A stretch of DNA of 64,000 nt from an uncultured cyanobacterium. GTDB taxonomy: Bacteria > Cyanobacteriota > Cyanobacteriia > Cyanobacteriales > CAWCAG01. Below the pieces are notes generated by a model that had not been told where the DNA came from, did no database searches, and was given only the letters and a program-made list of their open reading frames with translations. Numbering within the stretch: the stretch's first letter is position 1; each line of letters begins with the position of its first letter. The position numbers were made by a program, and so were the translations under genes. Below, in pieces: positions 16,300 to 27,878 of this stretch. The stretch spans positions 672,001 to 736,000 of the forward strand of contig CAWCAG010000007.1 in assembly GCA_963793425.1 (NCBI GenBank), in the 5' to 3' direction.

Positions 16300-17925
16300 A
16301 TGGGTAACCACCGGACTTACCTCCAGAAAAAATCCTTCTCCAAATCCTCCACTCAACCTCCACAAAATAAGCCCCAGTTGAACTCCACTCTAAGGCAGCC
16401 CGTACCGACAAGGCAGTCTTTATCTTTAGAGGAAATGGAAATTAGTAGGAAGAATGCAGAGCGTCTTGGAGATCATATCGTTGATTTCTCTCAATCTGCT
16501 CCCACTCCAGCAATGCAAACTAAGCTTGCTATCGAGCAAGCCGGGGATAAGCAACAAATTCAGCGATTCATTGATTTAGGGGCGGTATGGGATAAAGTTA
16601 CCGATGTTGCTGAAGATGTTTGGGATGCTCTTACCGATACAGAAACCAAGAAGGAGAATAGTAATGCTGCAACTACTACCGAAGAAGTAGATAAGAAAAA
16701 GGAAAAGAAATCAACTCCTTTACCTCCTCAAGATGTTGTTGTCCCCAAACCTAGTCATAAAAAGAATCCTGGCTTGCCAGACAAACCGGAGTTAGAACAT
16801 CCTGAATTCTCTGCCCTTGTGGAAGAAATGGCACAGATGGAGCAAAATCCCTTAGTAGTTGAAAAGAAACACAAAGAAGAAATTGGTGAGGCGCGTACAG
16901 AGCGGGTAGAGAAGATTGCCGAATTGCGCGGACGCATTGCTACTTTAGGAACAGCAATACCTGATGTTGAAGCGACTCAAATCGAGAATGCACAAGCTTA
17001 TCTTTATCGCCGCTTAGCCCCCCTCGTCCCCTATTTTGGGCAGATGGCTAATACCAATATGCTCACGAAAACAAATAAGAAAGGCGGAAAGGGGTGGGAT
17101 CGAACCTGCAATGTAACTGTTCCGGCGATGGTATTGCAAGGGATAGGTAAAACTAAAGATGATTATGTAGGTTCAAAACAGTTACTTGAGAATATATTTG
17201 CAGCCCTGGAAGGCAAGTATAAAGAACGTAAACTATATGATCCTGCAGCGGATTTTGATTCTTTACGTTTGCCTGATTTTATGGCTTTGGTTGGCATCGC
17301 TAAACATATGTCAGGAGGTGGTGAAGCGAATGATGAGACATTTGTCGCAGCAGTATCAGAAGCTCGCAAAAAAGCAGCTAATAAAACAACCCATCATGCA
17401 ACTATGATGTATTTAATTGAGCAATTTGGAGGGCAACATCAAAAGTATAGTGTTTATGCAAAAGAATTAGATCAAATTGGTGGAGCGCAGAAGGCTTATA
17501 CTAAAGCACAATTGCGAGGAGAAAACCCAGAAAAAGGGCGAAAAAAATACAACGAAATCAATGAGGAGTTGCAGCAATATAGTGAGGGAGAGGAAAGAGA
17601 TAAAGCTTTCAAGAAACTTAAGAAAAGTGATCAAAAAATCTATCAAACTCTCTGGAAATATGACCAATTGAATCAGGAGAAAGCTGAGGAACTCTTACCT
17701 GCTAATACTTACCGTGATGCTGTCCTCAAAAAAATTAATCCTTTGTTAGATGGCGGGGCGCAAATTTTAGTAGGGATGGAAGGACATTTCTTACGTTTAG
17801 ATGGGTTAGATGAAAACACCGTTCAAGTTGATGATCCAGGGGAAAAAGGATTTAAGGATTTACAAGTTACTTGGGAACAAGCAAGGGGTTTTGGTTACTT
17901 TAAAGGTTTCTGGGCGATTACATAA
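16300..17925 (+). CDS. Leader-containing effector with C39-like (papain-fold) peptidase domain, no DUF4157
   Basis: N-terminus RTYLQKKSFSKS..SLEEMEISRKNAERLGDHIVDFSQS..MQTKL..IQR; PYFGQ, TCNVT.PAMVL, GHFLRL.G, VDDPG; start 16300 chosen by alignment with the array leaders (ORF track gives 16288). Confidence 0.75.
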   Translation: MGNHRTYLQKKSFSKSSTQPPQNKPQLNSTLRQPVPTRQSLSLEEMEISRKNAERLGDHIVDFSQSAPTPAMQTKLAIEQAGDKQQIQRFIDLGAVWDKVTDVAEDVWDALTDTETKKENSNAATTTEEVDKKKEKKSTPLPPQDVVVPKPSHKKNPGLPDKPELEHPEFSALVEEMAQMEQNPLVVEKKHKEEIGEARTERVEKIAELRGRIATLGTAIPDVEATQIENAQAYLYRRLAPLVPYFGQMANTNMLTKTNKKGGKGWDRTCNVTVPAMVLQGIGKTKDDYVGSKQLLENIFAALEGKYKERKLYDPAADFDSLRLPDFMALVGIAKHMSGGGEANDETFVAAVSEARKKAANKTTHHATMMYLIEQFGGQHQKYSVYAKELDQIGGAQKAYTKAQLRGENPEKGRKKYNEINEELQQYSEGEERDKAFKKLKKSDQKIYQTLWKYDQLNQEKAEELLPANTYRDAVLKKINPLLDGGAQILVGMEGHFLRLDGLDENTVQVDDPGEKGFKDLQVTWEQARGFGYFKGFWAIT

Positions 17926-18022
17926 AGCGAATAGGCGATCGCTTATTTATTGCAAATTAGTATGACAATTATTAAACTGTCTATCAGTGTAGTTTAGTTT
18001 GCTAAGGAATTAGGGAGAAAAC

Positions 18023-18060
18023 TATTAGCAACTAGCAACTGGCAACTAGCCATTAGCAAC
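18023..18060. repeat. STRR (TAGCAAC)n
   Basis: About 5 imperfect heptamers. Confidence 0.7.
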
Positions 18061-18193
18061 TTAAGATTATGTCACCTTTACAAGTTGCCCACTATCTTTC
18101 CTATTACCAGCCATAGCTAAAGTATTCTCTTAAATAGATAACAACACCAACCTAATAAGTAGTGTTGACTTCATTTAAGACTATAAAAGAGAG

Positions 18194-19408
18194 ATGTCTA
18201 AATCGGCTGTTCAATCCCCTAAATTTCATCCCCCCAAAGTTAAACCCCTTTTAGTTCGCTTGTGCCAAAGCTTGTCACCTTTAGTAGGTAAGTTCCTTTT
18301 TCAGTTAGATTTAGTCATTGAACCTGAGAGTTTGGCTAAGCTAAAAAAGTTAGGTCAAGAAAGAATTGTTTTGATGCCTAATCATCCTAACTTTAGCGAT
18401 GGTCTTGCCATCTTTTTACTCTCTACCCGCTGGGGAGAAATCTTTAATTATATGGTTGCTGAGGATAATTTTTGGGGCTTGCAAGGTAAGTTTATGCAAG
18501 CGATGGGAGGATATTCGATTAGAAGAGGATTAGGCGATCGCCCTAGTATTACTCAAACCCTCAATCTATTACGCCAACCAGCTTGTCGCTTGGTTCTTTT
18601 TCCTGAAGGAGGTTGTTCTTTTCAAAACGATCGTGTCACACCTTTCCGCGCCGGCGCTATTCAGCTACCTTTGCAAGCTATGGGAAAGTTAGCTAAGCAA
18701 GAAGATAGCGTACCCAATTTATATTTAGTTCCTGTTAGTATTAAATACCGCTACACTGGCAACACAACTAAGTTAATTGAAAACAGTCTTAGTAGCTTAG
18801 AAACTGCTTTAGATTTGACTCAAAACACCGAAGAATTCTATCCCCGTTTACGTTCTCTAGCAGGGCAAGTTCTTACTAATATTGAACAGGAATATAAAAT
18901 TGAAAGTAAGGGAATTGTTCAAGAAGATTGGAACCAACGTATTAAACAATTGAAAAGCCGCATCTTACAAGTTTGTGAAGAAAAACTTAGCTGCACTACT
19001 TCTGATCAGCTTCAGCTTAGGGAAAGGGTTTATAAAATTCATCATGTTTTAGAATCTTCTGCTGAGGAGTTAACAAAGTCTGACTATCAATTTATTCGTA
19101 ACAGCTTGATTAGATTGCTCAATTTCGATGCTATCTACGATGGTTATGTTGCTACAGCCCCCACACCAGAGAGATTTTTAGATACTTTAACCCGCTTAGA
19201 AAGGGAAGTTTTCAACGTTGAGCGTCCCCGTCCCAAAGGACACCGCCAAGCCATTGTACACGTAGGCGAGCCAGTTAATCTCAAAGACTATTTTGACTCA
19301 TACAAACTAAACAAGGAAGAGACAGTGCAAACTTTGACTTTACAAATGCAACAAGCTGTACAGGATAATTTAGACTTGCTGCAACAAAAATATTTAGCTA
19401 GCTTTTAA
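18194..19408 (+). CDS. Phospholipid/glycerol acyltransferase (PlsC-family domain) protein
   Basis: NHxxxxD (NHPNFSD) and FPEG motifs. Confidence 0.85.
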   Translation: MSKSAVQSPKFHPPKVKPLLVRLCQSLSPLVGKFLFQLDLVIEPESLAKLKKLGQERIVLMPNHPNFSDGLAIFLLSTRWGEIFNYMVAEDNFWGLQGKFMQAMGGYSIRRGLGDRPSITQTLNLLRQPACRLVLFPEGGCSFQNDRVTPFRAGAIQLPLQAMGKLAKQEDSVPNLYLVPVSIKYRYTGNTTKLIENSLSSLETALDLTQNTEEFYPRLRSLAGQVLTNIEQEYKIESKGIVQEDWNQRIKQLKSRILQVCEEKLSCTTSDQLQLRERVYKIHHVLESSAEELTKSDYQFIRNSLIRLLNFDAIYDGYVATAPTPERFLDTLTRLEREVFNVERPRPKGHRQAIVHVGEPVNLKDYFDSYKLNKEETVQTLTLQMQQAVQDNLDLLQQKYLASF

Positions 19409-20816
19409 TTGATCCTAAATTATTACCCCAATAACTTAATACTCTTGTCAAAGCATCATACATAATGGGTTTGCTGAGATAATCATCCATACCAGCAGCT
19501 AAACATTTTTCGCGATCGCCTTCCATAGCATTAGCAGTCAAACCGATAATTACCGTATGTTTTCGCTCTTGTTCTCTTTGTCTAATCATTTGTGTTGCTT
19601 CATAGCCGTCCATAACTGGCATTTGGCAATCCATAAGGATGATGTTGTAATTATTATCTACTAAGTGTTCTATAGCTCTTTGTCCGTTCTCAACCCAAGC
19701 AATTTGACAGCCTAATTTTTCTATCATGAGTTGGAGTATGTAGCGGTTGTCTTCTCTATCTTCAACAATTAGTACTTTGAGATTGGCTAGGGAAGTAGTA
19801 GAGCTTTGTGTATCAGAGTTGGTACCTTTTGTAGTTGCATCCAGATCAACTGTAACCTCCAAAGGAAGTGTAAACCAGAAAGTTGAACCTTGTTCATTGG
19901 GGGCAGAGGTTTCCTCTCTCCTACTGGTAACACCAATTTCCCCCCCCATCAATTGTACTAAGCGACGGGAAATAGTTAATCCTAACCCCGTCCCTCCATA
20001 CTGACGAGTTGTAGAAGTGTCAGCCTGAGTAAAAGGCTGAAATAATTTTTCTTGGGCTTGAGAGGTAATACCAATACCTGTATCTTGTACCTCAAATCTT
20101 AGGAGGGTATGGGAATCATCCCTTTGTTCTGGTGAGCAAGAAATAGCCACTATAATCTTTCCAGACTCGGTAAACTTTATGGCATTGCTTAGTAAGTTAC
20201 TCAGCACTTGCTGTAAACGAAATTCATCGCCGATTACGTTGCGAGGTACATCAGCATCAATTTCAACAGCGAACTCTAGTTGTTTTTTCTGCATCTGGAC
20301 TTCATACAAGTCCTTCAAATTATCACCCAGAGTATCAAGATTAAATTCCCGCGACTCTAGTTGCAGTTTTTTTGCTTCTAGCTTAGATAAATCGAGGATA
20401 TCATCAATTAGACCTAAAAGATTTTCGCCATTACTTCTCAAAGTTTCTAATAGTTTCTCTTGTTCGGGATTTAACTCTGTTTCTGATAAAAGTTGGCTAA
20501 CTCCTAACACCGAATTCATGGGGGTACGAATTTCGTGACTCATGTTAGCTAAAAATTCGCTTTTCGCTTGGTTTGCAGAGTCTGCTGCTTGGGCTACTGC
20601 GATCGCATCTTCTAAAGCTTGATTTTGCTCTACCAGTTTTTCTTCAATTGTTTTACGCTCAGTAATATCTATTACTGCACCGTAAATTCTTGTTACTTGT
20701 CCTTCTTTGGTTTGCTCTGCTCTACCAATCATATTTAAGTAGCGCATCTCTCCATCTGGATGGTTACATTTAACATCTAAATTATAAGGACGACTCTGTG
20801 TAAATAAACGCTTCAT
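19398..20816 (-). CDS. C-terminal part (PAC-HisKA-HATPase-REC) of the CheB/CheR hybrid kinase; frameshifted from 20836..23940
   Basis: [37 protein letters not shown]; the frame extends upstream as [16 protein letters not shown] (PAS HP.DR motif). Confidence 0.85.
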   Translation of the reverse strand: MKRLFTQSRPYNLDVKCNHPDGEMRYLNMIGRAEQTKEGQVTRIYGAVIDITERKTIEEKLVEQNQALEDAIAVAQAADSANQAKSEFLANMSHEIRTPMNSVLGVSQLLSETELNPEQEKLLETLRSNGENLLGLIDDILDLSKLEAKKLQLESREFNLDTLGDNLKDLYEVQMQKKQLEFAVEIDADVPRNVIGDEFRLQQVLSNLLSNAIKFTESGKIIVAISCSPEQRDDSHTLLRFEVQDTGIGITSQAQEKLFQPFTQADTSTTRQYGGTGLGLTISRRLVQLMGGEIGVTSRREETSAPNEQGSTFWFTLPLEVTVDLDATTKGTNSDTQSSTTSLANLKVLIVEDREDNRYILQLMIEKLGCQIAWVENGQRAIEHLVDNNYNIILMDCQMPVMDGYEATQMIRQREQERKHTVIIGLTANAMEGDREKCLAAGMDDYLSKPIMYDALTRVLSYWGNNLGSIKS

Positions 20817-20835
20817 CGCCTGTTGCAGTAGTTTC

Positions 20836-23800
20836 CTATCTTTGGGGGGATGATGTTGCAGTAGATTCAGTAAAAGTTAGTGCTTCTGGTTGAGGTTGCA
20901 GTCCATAAATATCTAACAATTCTGCTGAGCAATTTATGCTAGCCTCACTTAGTTCCCTTCCTTCCTTTACCACCAATTCCCAATTACCAAGTTGGGCTAA
21001 GCGCTGTGCTTGCAATAGCTTGGCTTCACTACGCCGTAGAGCTTCTTCTGATTGTATCCGTTCAGTAATTTCTACAATGACAGCCCCAACTCCACGGCCG
21101 TCCCGCAGAAAGTCAACGGGATAGTAACTAGCTATCCAATAGCCCTCTTTACTCGCATCTTTAGCTGTATTACTGCAAATTTCTACTCCATAAATTGCTT
21201 CCCCAGTCTCAATTACTTGACGCAGTAAAGGTTCAACCTGCTCTGCTAGTTCAGGAGTAAGCTCTTGTAAAGTTTTACCTAAATGCTCTTCAACAGCATA
21301 ACCATTAGTCTCAGCAAGAGCTTCATTGATACGCAAAAACTTTAAATCTCCGTCATGTAAAGATAAACCTACAGGGCTGGTAGCATAGAGATTTTCTAAG
21401 ATTTCGTTGGCTTGATAAAGTTCATCTTGAACTCGCTTCAACTCATCAATATTAACAAAAGTAACAACAACACCATCACTATCATTATCTTGAAAATAGG
21501 GATTTACCCGCATTAAGGCACACTCATCCGAATCAGCAAAGCATACTTCTTGCTCTACTGGCTCTTCTGTATCCGTTACTTGCTGAAGAATTTCCAGCAA
21601 CTCGGAGCAATCCAAGTTATTGGTAATATCAGCTAAGGGACGGCCAATATCTGCCGGTTTAATATTAATAGCACGGGTTGCAGCAGGGGTAAACTTACGG
21701 ATATTTAACTTCCCATCAAGAAAAATAACCCCAATGTTAGTGCTACGGAGTAAGTTGTTAATATCATTATTTAGCTGGGTTAACTCCTGAATTTTGGATT
21801 GATGCTCAGCATTGACTGTGTAAAGTTCTTCGTTAACTGACTGAAGTTCTTCGTTAGTACTTTGCAACTCTTCATTAGAAGCTAGTAATTCTTCATTGGT
21901 TGCTTGTTGTTCTTCGTTGGTAGTTTCTAACTCTTCGATGGTAACTTGCAAATTTTCGCTAGTCTGTTGCAGCTCATATTCTAGCTCTGTGATACGCTGA
22001 GTAGCTTCTGTATCTAAGTCAAAGCGTAATGCAGGAGTTGAAACTGGGGTTGGCTGCTCTTCTACTTCCAAAACTACAACGCGATGGTTTTCGCTGTTGC
22101 GACTACTTTGATCTATGCCCACTCGCAAGGTAATATTTTGGTGTTGCTCATCTCTTTGCAGTTTAATTCCTGTGTAGAGGACAGGCTCGCCATCTCGTTT
22201 GGTACGGTGTAAAGCTGTACTGAGGGGTAGCTTCAAGCTAGGATGGATAATTTCAGTAACATCTAAAACTGGCTGTCCCACAGGAAATTCTAATGAACGA
22301 GCAGCGTTATAAAAAACCCGCAGCAGTTGATTTTTTTGATTAACTAATAAGCAAGTAATTTGCCGCTCAGCCAAGCAATACTTAAATACTTCTCCTAAAA
22401 GCCTGTCTAGTTGCTGTTGTCTAGCTTTGGTACGACTAGCTGGTTGGATAGGAGCAACGATAGTTTGCCTGGTGATTGGCATCAAGGATAGTTTAGTATC
22501 CCGCAGTTTACGGAAAACCTTACACTTATTATTTAAAGGTTTAAATTCATCTTCTAAACTACCTAAAGTTTCTGAACTACCTAAAAAGAGAACCCCATGG
22601 GAACCTAAAGCAAAATGCAACAAACGCAGTACCTGCTGTTGTAGTTGCGGTTGCATATAAATTAAAACATTGCGGCAGCTTACCAAATTCATTTTGGAAA
22701 AGCCAGCATTTTTAGTTAGATCGTGGGGGGCAACTATAAGCATTTCCCGAAGCGATCGCTTAACCCGAAATTCATTACCCTCACGGGTAAAGTAGTATTC
22801 TAAACGCTCTGAGGTAATATCACCGGCGATACTTTCCGGGTAAACCCCTTGGGCAGCTACTTCTAGGGCGTTGGTGTCAAGATCAGTAGCAAAAATCTTT
22901 ACCTGCACTGTTTTTCCAGCTCTACGAATGGCTTCATCTACTAAAATGGCCATAGAGTAAGCTTCTTCTCCTGTAGCGCAGGCTGAAACCCAAACCCTTA
23001 GTTGTTGCTGGGGTTCAAGTTCGGCAATTATTCTGGGTAACACTTCTGTTTCGAGAAATTCCCAAGCGCCGCGATCACGAAAGAAGCAAGTTGCCCCAAT
23101 CAGTAAATCTTGACGCAACAGTTTCTGCTCTTCTTCAGACTCTTCTAAGAAACCAATATAATCTTCTAAGCTACTTTTGCGAGTTAAGGAGCAGCGATGG
23201 TGAATGCGGCGACTCAGTGTACTCACTTTATAATGAGAAAAGTCAATCTCTTCCCGCTCAGCTAGTACATCAAGGATTCTTTGCAACAGATCAGGATCAA
23301 TTAAACTAGCATCTTCTGCTGTAGATTCAGGGAAATTCTCAGAAAAGCGGATCAACTCAAAAACAGTTTGGGCTAAATCTTGAGGGGAAAGAACTTCATC
23401 CACTAAACCAGAAGGAATAGCACTACTGGGCATACTAGTAAATTGGGCTGTTTCTGGTGACTGTACTAAGGCAACTCCCCCCGCTCTACTAACTTCTTGT
23501 AGCCCTTCTGTGCCATCATTACCAGTACCAGAAAGGAGGATAGCAATAGTTCGCTCTCCCCATTCTTTAACTAAAGATTGGAAAAATTGATTAATAGGAT
23601 AATGGCGGGATTCTGATTTTTTTTGCAGTCGTAAAGAGCCATTTTCCAAAGTTAAATGTTTCCCAGGAGGTAACACATATACCTTACTCGGTTCCAAAGG
23701 CATTTGATCTTTGACTTCCTGTACAGGCATGGTTGTCTGCCGTTGGAGAATTTCGCTCATCATGCTCTTATGGTTGGGAGAAAGATGCTGCACAACCACA

Positions 23801-23940
23801 AAAGCGGCATTGGGGTTATCTGGGACGTTACCGAAAAAAGATTCCAACGCTTGCACACCGCCAGCAGACGCACCAATACTGACGATAAAAAAGTTGTTAT
23901 TATCTTTGTCTGAAGCAGTAGAAGTTGTCTTACGAGCCAT
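20836..23940 (-). CDS. CheB methylesterase-CheR methyltransferase-coiled coil-PAS fusion (N-terminal part of hybrid kinase)
   Basis: [17 protein letters not shown] (CheB); [22 protein letters not shown] (CheR); [10 protein letters not shown] coiled coil; PAS repeats. Confidence 0.9.
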   Translation of the reverse strand: MARKTTSTASDKDNNNFFIVSIGASAGGVQALESFFGNVPDNPNAAFVVVQHLSPNHKSMMSEILQRQTTMPVQEVKDQMPLEPSKVYVLPPGKHLTLENGSLRLQKKSESRHYPINQFFQSLVKEWGERTIAILLSGTGNDGTEGLQEVSRAGGVALVQSPETAQFTSMPSSAIPSGLVDEVLSPQDLAQTVFELIRFSENFPESTAEDASLIDPDLLQRILDVLAEREEIDFSHYKVSTLSRRIHHRCSLTRKSSLEDYIGFLEESEEEQKLLRQDLLIGATCFFRDRGAWEFLETEVLPRIIAELEPQQQLRVWVSACATGEEAYSMAILVDEAIRRAGKTVQVKIFATDLDTNALEVAAQGVYPESIAGDITSERLEYYFTREGNEFRVKRSLREMLIVAPHDLTKNAGFSKMNLVSCRNVLIYMQPQLQQQVLRLLHFALGSHGVLFLGSSETLGSLEDEFKPLNNKCKVFRKLRDTKLSLMPITRQTIVAPIQPASRTKARQQQLDRLLGEVFKYCLAERQITCLLVNQKNQLLRVFYNAARSLEFPVGQPVLDVTEIIHPSLKLPLSTALHRTKRDGEPVLYTGIKLQRDEQHQNITLRVGIDQSSRNSENHRVVVLEVEEQPTPVSTPALRFDLDTEATQRITELEYELQQTSENLQVTIEELETTNEEQQATNEELLASNEELQSTNEELQSVNEELYTVNAEHQSKIQELTQLNNDINNLLRSTNIGVIFLDGKLNIRKFTPAATRAINIKPADIGRPLADITNNLDCSELLEILQQVTDTEEPVEQEVCFADSDECALMRVNPYFQDNDSDGVVVTFVNIDELKRVQDELYQANEILENLYATSPVGLSLHDGDLKFLRINEALAETNGYAVEEHLGKTLQELTPELAEQVEPLLRQVIETGEAIYGVEICSNTAKDASKEGYWIASYYPVDFLRDGRGVGAVIVEITERIQSEEALRRSEAKLLQAQRLAQLGNWELVVKEGRELSEASINCSAELLDIYGLQPQPEALTFTESTATSSPQR

Positions 23941-24066
23941 TCTTTTAGCAGTGCTAGTGAAGGAAGTCTAGGTTAAATTTTAACGAAGTTTGGATAGAAA
24001 AGAACAGTAATTTTGTTTCTTTGCCTTAAAATAACGGGGAGTATTTAGTAGAAAAGGTCAGGCATT

Positions 24067-24939
24067 GTGGCGCAAGCAAAAATTGGTATTATTGGCGGTA
24101 GTGGTCTTTACAAAATGGATGCCCTTCAAGATGTAGAAGAAGTAAAAGTAGATACTCCTTTTGGTTCTCCCTCGGATGCTCTCATTGTAGGCAAAATAGA
24201 AGGTATTCAGGTTGCTTTCTTAGCCCGCCACGGACGTAATCATCATCTTACCCCTTCGGAATTACCTTTTCGGGCTAACATTCATGCTATGAAGCAATTG
24301 GGAGTTGAATATCTTATCTCTGCTTCGGCTGTGGGTTCTTTGAAAGAAGCAGCTAAACCTTTAGATATGGTTATTCCCGACCAATTCATTGACCGGACTA
24401 AAAATCGTGTTTCTACTTTTTTTGGGGAGGGGATTGTCGGTCATATCGCTTTCGGTGAGCCGATTTGCCCCAATTTAGCAAAGGTTTTAGGGGATGCGGT
24501 AGAGAGTTTACAGCTATCAGAGGTTACTCTACATCGCGGCGGTACTTATGTTTGCATGGAAGGGGCAGCTTTTTCTACCAAAGCAGAATCCCATCTTTAT
24601 CGTAGTTGGGATGCAACTATTATTGGTATGACTAATTTACCAGAAGCTAAGTTAGCTAGGGAGGCAGAGATTGCCTATGCAACCCTAGCCTTGGTCACAG
24701 ATTATGATTGCTGGCATTCTGACCACGATAGCGTAACGGTGGAGATGGTGATTGGTAACTTGCAACGTAATGCCACTAATGCTCAAAAAGTTATTCAAAC
24801 CGCAGTAAAAAATTTAGGCAGCAATCCTCCAGAATCTGTTGCTCACTCTGCTCTTAAGTATGCAATTATTACTCCATTGGATACAGCACCCCAAGCTACC
24901 AAACAGAAGTTAGAACTTTTATTGAAGAAATATTTGTAA
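24067..24939 (+). CDS. mtnP: S-methyl-5'-thioadenosine phosphorylase
   Basis: [37 protein letters not shown]. Confidence 0.92.
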   Translation: MAQAKIGIIGGSGLYKMDALQDVEEVKVDTPFGSPSDALIVGKIEGIQVAFLARHGRNHHLTPSELPFRANIHAMKQLGVEYLISASAVGSLKEAAKPLDMVIPDQFIDRTKNRVSTFFGEGIVGHIAFGEPICPNLAKVLGDAVESLQLSEVTLHRGGTYVCMEGAAFSTKAESHLYRSWDATIIGMTNLPEAKLAREAEIAYATLALVTDYDCWHSDHDSVTVEMVIGNLQRNATNAQKVIQTAVKNLGSNPPESVAHSALKYAIITPLDTAPQATKQKLELLLKKYL

Positions 24940-25063
24940 TATCAACTTAGTTCCTGAACCTGACACTACCTCTAGCTTGCTAGTTGTGGGAAGTGTAGGT
25001 ACTGTTTTATTCTTGATCAGGAAAAGAAAATTAAGGGCTAAGGCAAAGATAAGGAATCTTTAA

Positions 25064-26104
25064 ATGGGTCGCTCCTCAAATAAAAATAGATTTAAAATGC
25101 AGCTTATCAATAAGTCTGCATTGATTCGTTTAGCTATACTTTTCGCTGTCTTACTGGTTGTGTTTCTTGGCGCATGGTTGATCATGTTTCGGATGCCAGG
25201 GCAAAGTTACCAAGGGCAACTGCCACCCTTACAGAGGGAAGACGTTGCTATGCAAAACTCTCTGCAAGAGGATGTACGCCACATTGCTGTGGAAATTGGG
25301 GCGAGGAATGTTGAGCGATATGAAAAGCTGGATGCTACAAGAATCTTTTTAGAGACAGCTTTAACTCAAGCTGGTTATGTCGTGAAGCGCCAAGAATATC
25401 AGATTGAAGGTAAGCCCTGTTACAACTTAGAAGTTGAGAGATTAGGGACGGATAAACCCAAGGAAATTGTAGTAATTGGGGGACATTACGATTCAGCTTT
25501 TACAAGTCCTGGTGCTAATGATAATGGTACAGGCGTAGCAGCAACCTTGGAACTAGCGCGGATATTTGCCCAGAAACCGACAAAGCGAACAATTCGCTTT
25601 GTTGAATTTGTTAATGAAGAACCACCTTTCTTTTGGACAGAAGCTATGGGAAGTTTAGTATACGCTAAGCGATCCCATCAAAAAGGAGAAAATATTGTGG
25701 CCATGTTAAGCTTGGAAACTATGGGCTATTTCTCTGATGCAGTAGGTAGCCAAAAATATCCCCCTCCTCTCAACTTATTCTATCCTGATCAAGGCAATTT
25801 TATTGGTTTTATTGGCAATTTCAATTCTGGAGATTTAGTCCGAAGTACCCTTGCTTCTTTCCGCAATCATGTAGAGTTTCCTTCCCAAGGTGCTTCTCTG
25901 CCTGCTTGGATGCCTGGAGTCGGTTGGTCAGATCATTGGGCTTTTTGGCAACAGGGATATAAAGGAATTATGATTACAGATACTGCTCCTTTTCGCTATC
26001 CCCAGTACCATACAGGAGAAGATACTATTGATAAAATTGATTTTGATAAATTTGCCAGAGTTGTGGCTGGTTTGGTAGAAGTTATTTCTGATTTGACAGA
26101 ATAG
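25064..26104 (+). CDS. M28-family peptidase with N-terminal membrane anchor
   Basis: GGHYDS, PGANDNGTG, NEEPP, SDH, YHT..D. Confidence 0.9.
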   Translation: MGRSSNKNRFKMQLINKSALIRLAILFAVLLVVFLGAWLIMFRMPGQSYQGQLPPLQREDVAMQNSLQEDVRHIAVEIGARNVERYEKLDATRIFLETALTQAGYVVKRQEYQIEGKPCYNLEVERLGTDKPKEIVVIGGHYDSAFTSPGANDNGTGVAATLELARIFAQKPTKRTIRFVEFVNEEPPFFWTEAMGSLVYAKRSHQKGENIVAMLSLETMGYFSDAVGSQKYPPPLNLFYPDQGNFIGFIGNFNSGDLVRSTLASFRNHVEFPSQGASLPAWMPGVGWSDHWAFWQQGYKGIMITDTAPFRYPQYHTGEDTIDKIDFDKFARVVAGLVEVISDLTE

Positions 26105-26201
26105 TTTCTCTTGAAATCAGAGGCTTAGCATCTTCAGTGTAAAACCAAACGCCCAAGCCTCTAACTGAAACATCTTTGTCTCTAGAATCTATTGAAGAAA
26201 G

Positions 26202-27653
26202 TTAACGATTTCCTGGAGTACGTCCTCCTTCATCATTACTACCCCCACGAGGGCTGGAGTTACCAGGATCGCAACCTTCTGCACCATTACCTATACCTTG
26301 GTTACAGTTAGGTTTCTTGGATTTTTTATCTTCATCGTTGTCATCATCTTGATCAGCACTGTCATTGTCATCCTCATCATCATCGTCGTTGTCGTCATTG
26401 TCATCCTGATCGGCGCTATCACCGTCGTCATCATCATCCATTTCCATGTCCCCACATTCATTGCAAGGCTTCACAGCACCACCCTCATCAACAACAATGA
26501 CGTAGGGAGAAGAAATCAAACTATATTCTTCAGTTTTAGTACTTACCAACGCTTGGTAGAGTAAAGCACAAACTTCAGACCGGGTTGCTACTTGGTTGAG
26601 GTTGAGAACATTAACATTAGGATAGTTGACAATTAATCCATTCACAGTTGCAGCAGCAATCACGCTACGATACTGGGTAGGAATTGTGTTAGCATCGCTG
26701 TAGAAAGAGAGGATTGTTTGCGTAGCTTGGTTATAAGAGTAACCTAAGCCTTGGGTTAAGGCTAGCAAAATATCTAAGCGAGTCATTTCCTGGTTAGGGT
26801 TAAATTGATTGCCAGAAGCGCTCAAAAAGCCCATTTCATAGGCTTCTGTAATAGCGCCATAACCCCAAAAACCACGAGAAAGATCCCTGAAACTACGAAA
26901 ATCCTTAACTTTGTTCTTTTTGAAAGCCTTGTTGACCATAGCAGCAAACTGAGCGCGAGTAACAGCTTGCTTCGGCTTGAACTTACCATCAGGGAAGCCT
27001 TTGACAATGCCTTTACGAGCTAAGCTAGCAATAAACTGCTGCGACCAAAAGCTAGAAGAAACATCAGTAAAACTAGTCTGCACTTGCTGACTAACCTGGG
27101 TTGTTTGACGACTTCTGGTTGTCCTGGTTTCGGTAACTGTTTCTGTGGTGCTGCGCCCAGTTCCCACATTGGTGACATTGCTTTCTGCAACAGACTGGGT
27201 AGTTGCTTCGTCAAACCTGACCGCAGAAGCAGTTTCATCAGTGCGATAGATATAAACATTATCTTCTTGATCAGCTAAGACAACTAACCAACCAGGAGTT
27301 ATAGCTTGGAGACAGCTTTCTGCGGGGCCTCCCAAACCCAGACAACTATCAGACCATTCTTGTTGTAGGGCTTGCACAACCTTTAACTTAGAGCTATCAA
27401 TACCTAATTTTGTTGCGGCAGCATCTACAACTGTTTTGCCAACTGCATCTGGTAAATCTGCCAGCATTTCATGGCTATGTTCTCCCTCACCAGATTTGTG
27501 AGCCAATTGAATGTTATTGCCGCTTGCTGGTTGTTCCCCTTGGGGGGATAAATCTGTAGCTTTGATGGGTAGAGAAGTTGCCGTTACACCAAAAGTTCCT
27601 AGGAGTACTGCCGCTATTACTTTACCTAAAATAGTTTTATGTTTTGATACCAA
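26202..27653 (-). CDS. Secreted S-layer homology (SLH) domain protein with Asp-rich tail
   Basis: Signal peptide; FTDV..W...I..L...GIVKGFPDGKFKP...TRAQFA SLH repeats; D/N-rich C-terminus. Confidence 0.85.
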   Translation of the reverse strand: MVSKHKTILGKVIAAVLLGTFGVTATSLPIKATDLSPQGEQPASGNNIQLAHKSGEGEHSHEMLADLPDAVGKTVVDAAATKLGIDSSKLKVVQALQQEWSDSCLGLGGPAESCLQAITPGWLVVLADQEDNVYIYRTDETASAVRFDEATTQSVAESNVTNVGTGRSTTETVTETRTTRSRQTTQVSQQVQTSFTDVSSSFWSQQFIASLARKGIVKGFPDGKFKPKQAVTRAQFAAMVNKAFKKNKVKDFRSFRDLSRGFWGYGAITEAYEMGFLSASGNQFNPNQEMTRLDILLALTQGLGYSYNQATQTILSFYSDANTIPTQYRSVIAAATVNGLIVNYPNVNVLNLNQVATRSEVCALLYQALVSTKTEEYSLISSPYVIVVDEGGAVKPCNECGDMEMDDDDDGDSADQDDNDDNDDDDEDDNDSADQDDDNDEDKKSKKPNCNQGIGNGAEGCDPGNSSPRGGSNDEGGRTPGNR

Positions 27654-27777
27654 TTGTCACACCTACAAAATGCCTTGAACCCTAGCGAAGACGTTTCTAA
27701 GTTCTGTGGTGTTCCTTGAGTTGTTTAGTTTTGATGGTGACAGAAAAAACCTTTCATATTACATCTAAAAAATGCAC

Positions 27778-27807
27778 AAAAAAAATGGGTAGCGGTTAAT
27801 ACTACCC
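27778..27807 (-). terminator. Putative intrinsic terminator of fba
   Basis: GGGTAG/CTACCC stem followed by a T-run on the minus strand. Confidence 0.55.
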
Positions 27808-27878
27808 TGGAACTCTTATTTAGCAATTTTGCTAAACTAGTCTACTTATTTGCTCTTAACTTAACTAAGAGATTTCAA

